NCBI RefSeq assembly: GCF_000146505.1
Contig: NC_017448.1
Coordinates: forward strand, 2,490,001 to 2,522,000
From: Fibrobacter succinogenes subsp. succinogenes S85
Lineage (GTDB): Bacteria > Fibrobacterota > Fibrobacteria > Fibrobacterales > Fibrobacteraceae
Direction: 5' to 3'
Length of the DNA: 32,000 nt
Under the pieces are notes generated by a model. The model was given only the letters and a program-made list of their open reading frames with translations, ran no database searches and was not told the origin of the DNA. Both the position numbers and the translations under genes were made by a program. The first letter of the stretch is position 1. Every line of letters starts with the position of its first letter. Positions 15,655-22,243 of this stretch are shown here, piece after piece.

Positions 15655-15939
15655 ATGGGTTGTAATTGTGGTTGCGGCGGCAAGTCGCAAACTAAAAAAT
15701 GGGATTTGGAACCGAAATTTTCGGATCTCAAGAAGGGCGACAAGGTTGAAATTGTCGGCTACAATGAGGGCGATGCCCGCTACAAGTCCAAGCTTTTGTC
15801 GATGGGACTTGTCCGTGGTGTAACGCTTGAAGTCTTGCAGATTGCGCCTCTCGGTGATCCGATTGAGGTGAGTGTTCTTTCTTACCGTTTGTCGCTTCGC
15901 AGACAAGAAGCGAATGTTCTTAAATTGAAGAGGGTCTAA
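15655..15939 (+). CDS. feoA: FeoA-family protein with a Cys-rich N-terminal extension
   Basis: SH3-like FeoA core LKKGDKVEIVGYNEGDARYKSKLLSMGLVRGVTLEVLQIAPLGDPIEV. N-terminal extension MGCNCGCGGKSQ. Its stop overlaps the feoB ATG as TAATG. Confidence 0.85.
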   Translation: MGCNCGCGGKSQTKKWDLEPKFSDLKKGDKVEIVGYNEGDARYKSKLLSMGLVRGVTLEVLQIAPLGDPIEVSVLSYRLSLRRQEANVLKLKRV

Positions 15940-18806
15940 TGGCTCCGAAGCTTTTTACTATTGCAATTGCCGGTAACCCGAACTGCGGTAAAACGGCTCT
16001 TTTTAATGCCCTTACGGGTGCTCGCCAGAGTGTTGGTAACTGGCCGGGCGTGACTGTCGAAAAGAAGGAAGGCTTTTTTGAACTCGGTAACCAGCATATC
16101 CGCGTGGTGGACTTGCCGGGTACTTATGCAATTTTTGCCAATGCCGAAGATGAACGCGCCGCTGTGGACTACTTGCTCACTCGCGAAGCGGACCTCATTG
16201 TCAATATCATTGATGCCTCGAACATTGAACGTAACTTGTTCTTGACTTCTCAGCTTGTCGACATGCAGATCCCGATGGTGATTGCGGCGAACATGATCGA
16301 CATCGCGGAAAAGCGCGGCTTGCATTTGGATTTGGATATCCTCGCTGAACGTTTCGGTGTGCCGGTGATTCCGCTTTCTGCCGTGAACGAAAGAAGCATC
16401 ACGAACTTCATCAGCGAAATGGCGCATGTTGTTGCGGGCAAGAAGATGACGCCCAAGGCGATTGATTACGGCGAGAAGGTTGAAGCTGCTGTCAAGTATT
16501 TGGAGCCGAAGGTTGAGCCGGTTGCAAAGCTTTTGGATGCGGATGCCCGCTGGGTTTCGCTCATGTATTTGGGCAACGAAAAGAGCTATGCGGACAAGTT
16601 TGCCGAAGCCAAGGTGCAGATTAACAAGGCCGAAGTCACGCAGATTCTCGGCGAAGAAAGCGAATTTGCGATGGCGGATTCACGCTACAGTTTGGCTCAC
16701 GAAATTGCAGGTAAGACGATTCTTTCGAACCGTTCCAAGAGAACCTGGTCCGATAAGCTCGACTCCGTGCTTTTGAACCGCTGGGCTTCGCTCCCGATTT
16801 TCCTCTTGGTCATGTACCTGGTCTTCTGGGTTGCAGTGACGATTGGTTCTGCGTTCATTGATTTCTTTGACGTGCTGTTTGGCGCTATCTTTGTGGATGG
16901 CCTTGGCTACTTGCTCACGGATGTGTTCCATGCGCCGGGCTTTGTGTCTGCAATCCTCGCCGACGGTATCGGTGCTGGTATCCAGACTGTGTCGACGTTC
17001 ATTCCGGTCATCTTCTTTATGTTCCTCTGCCTTTCTTTCTTGGAAGACTCGGGTTACATGGCACGTGCCGCTTTTGTCGCGGACCGCTTTATGCGATTCC
17101 TCGGACTCCCGGGCCGTGCATTCGTGCCGATGATGGTTGGCTTTGGTTGCGGCGTGCCGGGCATTATGGGCTCTCGCGTGCTCGAATCCAAGCGTGAACG
17201 ATTCCTCACGATTTTCCTCGTGCCGTTCATGAGCTGCGGCGCTCGCCTTCCGGTGTATGCGTTGTTTGCAGCTGCATTCTTTGGAACGCAGGCAGGGACG
17301 GTCGTGTTTGCCCTCTACCTCGCGGGCGTTCTCTTTGCGATCGTGTACGGCTTGATTCTTCGTCGCTCCTTGTTTGTGGGTGAGGCTAGCAACTTTGTGA
17401 TGGAGCTGCCGCCTTATCACTTGCCGAAGTTCAAGTCGCTCATGATCCACTCTTGGCTCCGTTTGCGTGACTACGTGATTCGCGCCGGTAAGGTGATTAC
17501 GATTGCGGTTGCAATACTTGGCTTCCTCAATAGCTTTGGCTTTGTGGACAAGCTCTACACCGAAATCAATGGCGAAAAGACCGAAATCGTGAAGAGCGAA
17601 GAAGGCTACGCCATGGTGCAGGACGAAAAGGAAGTGCTGCTCCCTGAAGGTGTCGTGATTGACGAATCCAAGGTCCAGACGGAAAGCGAATTTACGGCGG
17701 GTAACGGTGATTCCGAAAACAGCTTGCTTTCTGTAATCGGTAAGGCAATTACCCCGGTTTTTGAACCATTCGGTGTTGAATCTAACAACTGGCCTGCATC
17801 TGTGTCGCTTTTCACTGGCCTCCTTGCTAAGGAAGCTGTGATTGGTACGATGAACTCGCTGTACTCTATGGCGGGGCCGGGTGATGCTTCGGCTGCTACC
17901 GAGACCCCGAAGGCTCCCGAAGTTGCTGCAGCTCCGGAGAAGCCCGTGGAAGTTGTGGCTGCTGATAGCTCTGTAGCCGATTCTGCAAAGGTCGCGGTTG
18001 CTGATTCCGCAGTCGCTGATAGCGCAGTTGTCGCAGACAGTGCTGCTGCTGAACCTGCCACCGCTGAAGAAAAGATCCTCATCGCAGGCGTGGACGAATG
18101 CCCTGCCGAAGAAGAGGAAGAAGGTGGTGCTCCGGATATTCTCGGTGCATTCAAGGAAGCCCTTGGCACGATTCCGGAAAACTTGAGTGAAGTCTTCGGC
18201 TCTCTCACGGACATTCTCGGAACATCTGGTGAACTCGAAGCGCAGAATGCCGCAGAACTCAAGAAGGTCACGCTTGATAAGATTCTTGATGCAAAAGCGA
18301 TTACTTGCGAAGAATACGCTTCTATCGAAACCTTCAGCGAAGATGAAGGTGCCGACAAGGCTCGTGAAGAAGTCTTTGCAAAGCTTGCTGCTGCAGGCCT
18401 TACGCTGAGCGAAGATGAAATCGGCGCTCTCGAAGAAGGCGACTTGAGCGAAACGGCTGACATCTATGCCAACCTCCGCTCTTACTTCCACAACCCGGAC
18501 AAGAACGGAAACCCGGTCGATGGATTTAACTGGCAGGTGTTTGCATTCCTCATCTTCATCTTGCTCTATGTGCCGTGCCTTGCTGCGATGGGTGTCGTGG
18601 TTCGCGAAATCGGCCTTGGACTTGGTGTGTTGATGGCTGTGGTACAGACAATCCTCGCTTGGGCTGTCGCGGTGCTCCTCTACCAGGTGCCGGTCGGTGG
18701 CAATGTATTCTGGATTGTAAGCTCGATCATCGTGCTTGTGGCAACATTCGTGTTCCTTAAGCTCTTTGGTATGAGCGCAAATAAGAAAGGGCGTTTCGAA
18801 GACTAA
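15939..18806 (+). CDS. feoB: Ferrous iron transporter FeoB (long form, 955 aa, with an acidic/Ala-rich insertion)
   Basis: G-domain motifs: G1 GNPNCGKTALFNALTG and G3 DLPG. Polytopic permease region. The C-terminal membrane segment follows an insertion of roughly 250 aa of low complexity that includes VADSA repeats. Confidence 0.9.
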   Translation: MAPKLFTIAIAGNPNCGKTALFNALTGARQSVGNWPGVTVEKKEGFFELGNQHIRVVDLPGTYAIFANAEDERAAVDYLLTREADLIVNIIDASNIERNLFLTSQLVDMQIPMVIAANMIDIAEKRGLHLDLDILAERFGVPVIPLSAVNERSITNFISEMAHVVAGKKMTPKAIDYGEKVEAAVKYLEPKVEPVAKLLDADARWVSLMYLGNEKSYADKFAEAKVQINKAEVTQILGEESEFAMADSRYSLAHEIAGKTILSNRSKRTWSDKLDSVLLNRWASLPIFLLVMYLVFWVAVTIGSAFIDFFDVLFGAIFVDGLGYLLTDVFHAPGFVSAILADGIGAGIQTVSTFIPVIFFMFLCLSFLEDSGYMARAAFVADRFMRFLGLPGRAFVPMMVGFGCGVPGIMGSRVLESKRERFLTIFLVPFMSCGARLPVYALFAAAFFGTQAGTVVFALYLAGVLFAIVYGLILRRSLFVGEASNFVMELPPYHLPKFKSLMIHSWLRLRDYVIRAGKVITIAVAILGFLNSFGFVDKLYTEINGEKTEIVKSEEGYAMVQDEKEVLLPEGVVIDESKVQTESEFTAGNGDSENSLLSVIGKAITPVFEPFGVESNNWPASVSLFTGLLAKEAVIGTMNSLYSMAGPGDASAATETPKAPEVAAAPEKPVEVVAADSSVADSAKVAVADSAVADSAVVADSAAAEPATAEEKILIAGVDECPAEEEEEGGAPDILGAFKEALGTIPENLSEVFGSLTDILGTSGELEAQNAAELKKVTLDKILDAKAITCEEYASIETFSEDEGADKAREEVFAKLAAAGLTLSEDEIGALEEGDLSETADIYANLRSYFHNPDKNGNPVDGFNWQVFAFLIFILLYVPCLAAMGVVVREIGLGLGVLMAVVQTILAWAVAVLLYQVPVGGNVFWIVSSIIVLVATFVFLKLFGMSANKKGRFED

Positions 18807-18830
18807 TTGCATTTGAGTCAAGAATCATTA

Positions 18831-18867
18831 TTAAGGGCTGGTAGGCCCGAAACCTGCCAGCCCTTAA
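18831..18867 (+). terminator. Hairpin downstream of feoB
   Basis: TTAAGGGCTGGTAGG (18831-18845), loop CCCGAAA, then CCTGCCAGCCCTTAA (18853-18867): a 15-bp stem with one G-U pair. There is no strong T-run afterwards, so its terminator efficiency is uncertain. Confidence 0.5.
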
Positions 18868-18916
18868 TTAAACGCTCTTAATTAGACTAAACTAACAAAG
18901 ATAGGAGAAACTAACA

Positions 18917-19021
18917 ATGGGCGCAGAAAAAAATGATTCTGAATGGAACGAACTGAAAAATAATTGGCACGCTCTTTGCTTTAAGAAGAGTAAAAAGGGC
19001 GAAAAGCCTAGAGTTTTGTAA
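18917..19021 (+). CDS. Possible 34-aa basic micro-protein between feoB and the porin gene
   Basis: TAGGAGA at 18902-18908 lies 8 nt before the ATG; the same TAGGAG-type site precedes the porin gene. My translation is MGAEKNDSEWNELKNNWHALCFKKSKKGEKPRVL. It is too short to support by composition alone. Confidence 0.25.
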   Translation: MGAEKNDSEWNELKNNWHALCFKKSKKGEKPRVL

Positions 19022-19087
19022 CACAAAATGTAAAACGCTTGACGGAGTGTTACAAAAAATCAAAAGAATCCGTCATAGGAGTGAAAA

Positions 19088-20212
19088 ATGAAGACTCGTT
19101 TAACATCCAACCTCTTGTTTGGTCTTGCTGCTGCATCTATCCTTGCCGTTCCGGCGCTTGCTCAGGAAGCTGAAGCCGCATCTAAAGGCCCGGAAGTCAA
19201 GTTCTCTGGTGAAGTGGAATTTGACGCCTACACGGGCGATGTGATTAATGACGATAAGCAGAGCCATAGCTACGCTTCTACTTTCGATTTGAACGTTGAT
19301 GTTAAGCTTAACGAAAAATGGTCTGCATCTGTACAGTTGGAAGCTGATGGCGAAACGACAGATCCGACCGCTATTTACAATGGCGCATTTGTCCAGTACA
19401 CGCATAATGACAAGTTTGCTGTGAAGTTTGGTGACTTGACTTTCTCGGAAGGAGCTTTCCTGAACTTCTACGATTATGATGATCCAGCTGATAATGCCGC
19501 CGGCATGGCAGAACACGATATTCGAGGATTTGAAATTGACTATAACGGACTTGTTTTTGGCCTCGGCTTTGGTCGCGGCGACAACGACAATCAGGTTTGC
19601 GTTGAAGAAGATGGTGAAGAAAAATGTGTAGGTGTTGCCTATGACCTCCACCTCGCTTACGAACTCGGCCTTGGTGAACATGTGTTGCGTCCGTTCCTTG
19701 ATTACAAATCTTATCAGGAAGGCAAGCACAACGAATTGCACGCCGGTCTTGATGCAAACCTGAAGTTCGATGCTTTCACATTCCACTTCGTTTACGGTGC
19801 TCATGTTGACGCCCTTACCGAAGACGCTCCGGAAGCAACTCATGCATTGCTTTTCGAACCGGCTCTTGATCTCGGCACGTTCAATGTCAAGGCCTCTGTG
19901 CTCTACGCTATTTTCGACGACAAGGCTCCGACTGTCCATGGCGAAGAAATTCCTGAATACTTCTTTGTCTATGGCGAACCGGGCGTAAAGATCAACGATG
20001 CAATCGCTCTTGGCCTTCCGTTGGAATACCACACGAACACGCTTGACAAGGACGATGACGTCTCTACGTTCAACGTAGGCCTCCGTGCTTACTTCACTCC
20101 GGTCGAAGGTCTTGAAGTGACTGGCTTTGCCAAGTTCAATATCCCGGTCGGCGATGATGCTGGCGACGATACTGGCCTCGGCTTCGGTCTCGAAACTGTG
20201 TTCGCATTCTAA
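19088..20212 (+). CDS. Outer-membrane beta-barrel protein / putative porin
   Basis: Signal peptide MKTRLTSNLLFGLAAASILAVPALA-QE. Alternating amphipathic beta-strand pattern rich in D/G/Y/F. C-terminal GLETVFAF with a terminal Phe, typical of OMP beta-barrels. TAGGAG ribosome-binding site upstream. Confidence 0.7.
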   Translation: MKTRLTSNLLFGLAAASILAVPALAQEAEAASKGPEVKFSGEVEFDAYTGDVINDDKQSHSYASTFDLNVDVKLNEKWSASVQLEADGETTDPTAIYNGAFVQYTHNDKFAVKFGDLTFSEGAFLNFYDYDDPADNAAGMAEHDIRGFEIDYNGLVFGLGFGRGDNDNQVCVEEDGEEKCVGVAYDLHLAYELGLGEHVLRPFLDYKSYQEGKHNELHAGLDANLKFDAFTFHFVYGAHVDALTEDAPEATHALLFEPALDLGTFNVKASVLYAIFDDKAPTVHGEEIPEYFFVYGEPGVKINDAIALGLPLEYHTNTLDKDDDVSTFNVGLRAYFTPVEGLEVTGFAKFNIPVGDDAGDDTGLGFGLETVFAF

Positions 20213-20233
20213 GATTTTGCCATAGGATAAACT

Positions 20234-20266
20234 TCCCGCCTCGATGAATGTCGTGGCGGGATTTTT
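20234..20266 (+). terminator. Rho-independent terminator after the porin gene
   Basis: TCCCGCC (20234-20240), a 14-nt loop, GGCGGGA (20255-20261), then TTTTT. Confidence 0.7.
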
Positions 20267-20282
20267 GTATAGACAAATTTTA

Positions 20283-20296
20283 TTAGATTAATCTAA
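20283..20296. promoter_or_regulatory. Perfect 14-bp palindrome TTAGATTAATCTAA (TTAG-N6-CTAA box)
   Basis: The sequence is identical to its own reverse complement. It has the same TTAG-N6-CTAA architecture as two of the boxes upstream of the DtxR-family gene. It lies about 185 nt upstream of the DUF3793-flavodoxin gene pair. Confidence 0.4.
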
Positions 20297-20387
20297 CTTT
20301 AGGGATTGTTTTGAGTCTATTTGGAGTTGAGTTAGAGAATGAAAAATTCTAAAATACATCTCAGAGACTATTGCCATAGAAGCTCGG

Positions 20388-20465
20388 CTAGCATATAGAT
20401 TTCGTTACCTCATATATGCTAGAATAGGTTATCCCGCCGTGGCGAAGGCTAACGGCGGGATTTTT
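20388..20465 (+). other. Two consecutive hairpins ending in a T-run (candidate small RNA, leader or orphan terminator)
   Basis: Hairpin 1 pairs CTAGCATATA (20388-20397) with TATATGCTAG (20413-20422). Hairpin 2 pairs TCCCGCCGT (20432-20440) with ACGGCGGGA (20452-20460) and is followed by TTTTT (20461-20465). No ORF covers this region. Confidence 0.4.
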
Positions 20466-20478
20466 GACTTTATACTAA

Positions 20479-21054
20479 ATGCTTAGGTTGTTCATGGATA
20501 GAAACCTTGATTCCTGCTTGGTTCGACAATGTGCCCCGACTCTTGCGGGCCATAAGTTGGGCAATCTCTTTTGTGTCGATGTTGCTGATGGTGTTTTGCT
20601 TTGCAATATCCTTGCTCGTTGGAATCAGGCGTTGAACCCTAAGGGCGTTGCGGCTCGCGTGATTGCTGAACGCTGTGGGCGTTATTTTATTTATGTCTAC
20701 CGGAATAGCGCTTTACAGAATTTGGGATGCTCTTGCGAAGTACGTAATTTTTTGAAAGGTTTTGGCTACAGTTGCTTTGATGCTGAATCGCTTTTGAACT
20801 TTTTTCAGGTTCGCATGACGCGTTCGGTGTGTTTTCCGCATGAAGTGGGCGTGTTTTTGGGATACCCGCTTGACGATGTGAAAGATTTTATTACGTACGG
20901 CGGTAAAAATTACAAGTTGATTGGCTGCTGGAAGGTCTATAACGACGTGCCGAATTCCATGCACATTTTTGAAGTATACAAAAAATGTCAAAAGATTTTA
21001 CGAGAACGATTTGAACTTGGTGAAACTTTGGAGCAGTTGACAGTTGCAAGTTGA
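20479..21054 (+). CDS. DUF3793-family protein
   Basis: CAPTLAGHKLGNLF and FPHEVGVFLGYPLDDVKDFI....GCWKVY match my recollection of DUF3793 signatures. That family typically sits next to flavodoxin genes, as it does here. Confidence 0.65.
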   Translation: MLRLFMDRNLDSCLVRQCAPTLAGHKLGNLFCVDVADGVLLCNILARWNQALNPKGVAARVIAERCGRYFIYVYRNSALQNLGCSCEVRNFLKGFGYSCFDAESLLNFFQVRMTRSVCFPHEVGVFLGYPLDDVKDFITYGGKNYKLIGCWKVYNDVPNSMHIFEVYKKCQKILRERFELGETLEQLTVAS

Positions 21055-21072
21055 TGAAAAATCAACAATGTT

Positions 21073-21146
21073 GTCATTCCCGGCTTGACCGGGAATCTCC
21101 TTCTAGAAATAAGTAAGGGGATGCCCGCTCGGAGGCGGGCATGACA
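21073..21146. repeat. Composite REP-like element: two opposed GTCAT-anchored hairpins
   Basis: GTCATTCCCGGcttgaCCGGGAATCTCC at 21073-21100 and GGGGATGCCCGCtcggagGCGGGCATGACA at 21117-21146. The outer ends TGTCAT / ATGACA are inverted. Related copies occur at 25590-25618 and 29483-29584. Confidence 0.8.
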
Positions 21147-21187
21147 GAAATGATTTGAAAACTAACCGATAACAAAAGGAACATAAA

Positions 21188-21616
21188 ATGAACAAAATTG
21201 CTGTTAATTTCTGGACAGGTACGGGTAACACCGAAGTTATGGCGAATGAAGTGGTTGCTGGCGCAAAGGAAGCTGGCGCCGATGTGACGCTTTTCAATAC
21301 GTCTGCTTTTTCTGCCGATAAGGCCCAGGAATTTGACAAGTTTGCTTTGGGCTGCCCGGCAATGGGTGCCGAAGAACTCGAAGATAGCGAATTCCAGCCG
21401 CTTTATGATCAGCTGAAGGCTCAGATTTCGGGTAAGAAAGTCGTGCTTTTCGGCTCTTACGGCTGGGGTGGTGGCGAATGGATGAATCCGTGGAAAGAAG
21501 ATGCCGCAAATGCAGGCCTCGTTCTTGCTGATGAACCGCTCGCTATTGAAGGCGCTCCGGATGATGCTGGCAAGGAAAAGTGCCGTGAACTCGGTAAGGT
21601 CCTTGCACTTTCGTAA
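21188..21616 (+). CDS. Short-chain flavodoxin
   Basis: N-terminal FMN phosphate-binding loop VNFWTGTGNTEVMA. Length of 142 aa. GSYGWGGGEWM region typical of short-chain flavodoxins. Confidence 0.9.
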   Translation: MNKIAVNFWTGTGNTEVMANEVVAGAKEAGADVTLFNTSAFSADKAQEFDKFALGCPAMGAEELEDSEFQPLYDQLKAQISGKKVVLFGSYGWGGGEWMNPWKEDAANAGLVLADEPLAIEGAPDDAGKEKCRELGKVLALS

Positions 21617-21640
21617 TTGTTGAGTCTCGATGATCCATGA

Positions 21641-21700
21641 AATGTTAGACTCTCTAACAAAATTAGAGAGTCTAACATTGTTAGAAAATCACTAACAATG
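21641..21700. promoter_or_regulatory. 17-bp perfect-stem palindrome plus a second overlapping hairpin, carrying three TTAG-N5/7-CTAA boxes
   Basis: AATGTTAGACTCTCTAA (21641-21657), loop CAAAA, TTAGAGAGTCTAACATT (21663-21679). Then CATTGTTAG (21676-21684) pairs with CTAACAATG (21692-21700). The boxes are TTAGACTCTCTAA, TTAGAGAGTCTAA and TTAGAAAATCACTAA. No T-run follows the hairpins, so this is not a clean terminator. Confidence 0.45.
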
Positions 21701-21851
21701 TTAGCGCCAATCTCGTGAAACTCAACTGCGGTGCGGGGTTGCGATAGTTTTATATTTAATTTATTTGTAATTAGTCATTGGAAGGGAGAGTATCTAATTT
21801 TTTTAGGCGGGCAAGTTGCTCCGCTGATTTTTCTTTAATAAGGAGAAACAT

Positions 21852-22076
21852 ATGTCTATGTTCAAAAACGAAAAATTCTGGCTTGTTGTTGCCGGCGCTG
21901 TGGGCTCCGCTGTCGCTAAGAAGGTGCTCAAGGCAAAGAAGACCCGCGAACTCGCCGTTCAGGGACTTGCTCATGGCATGAAGTTCACGGCTGACGCCAA
22001 GGCTGCTTTCCAGGATATGAAGGACGAAGCTAGCGACATTTGCAACGACGCCAAGGCAGAAGCAGGTCTTAAGTAG
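21852..22076 (+). CDS. Small (74 aa) protein with an N-terminal hydrophobic helix and a Lys/Ala-rich amphipathic tail
   Basis: Strong ribosome-binding site AAGGAGA 7 nt before the ATG. FWLVVAGAVGSAVA hydrophobic segment. It is the first gene of the apparent operon with the P-type ATPase. Confidence 0.6.
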   Translation: MSMFKNEKFWLVVAGAVGSAVAKKVLKAKKTRELAVQGLAHGMKFTADAKAAFQDMKDEASDICNDAKAEAGLK

Positions 22077-22083
22077 GCTTTGA

Positions 22084-22211
22084 GCGATGGGGTCGGAGCT
22101 AAAGCTCCTCTCAGCACGCTTCGCTTTGAGGTCGCTACGCTTGGGCTATTCCATTACATTAAGCTCATAGCCCAAAGTGAGCCGAAGGCGAACGAGCCCA
22201 TACCCCATAGC
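22084..22211. repeat. Imperfect inverted repeat of about 130 nt (nested hairpin element)
   Basis: Outer arms GCGATGGGGT (22084-22093) and ACCCCATAGC (22202-22211) match 9/10. Inner arms TTGGGCTAT (22141-22149) and ATAGCCCAA (22167-22175) are perfect. Intermediate partial matches also occur (CGCTTCGC versus GCCGAAGGCG). Confidence 0.55.
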
Positions 22212-22243
22212 CTACAGTTTATTTTTGCAGGTTTTTAATCGTT

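Noticed and set aside
16680-18821. 713-aa ORF on the minus strand
   Set aside because: It lies entirely antisense to feoB, whose G-domain and permease motifs are unambiguous. The translation is an Arg/His/Ser-rich low-complexity product typical of a shadow ORF in GC-rich coding DNA.
19100-20032. 310-aa and 128-aa minus-strand ORFs opposite the porin gene
   Set aside because: The plus-strand frame has a signal peptide, beta-barrel periodicity, a C-terminal Phe and a TAGGAG ribosome-binding site. The antisense frames have none of these features.
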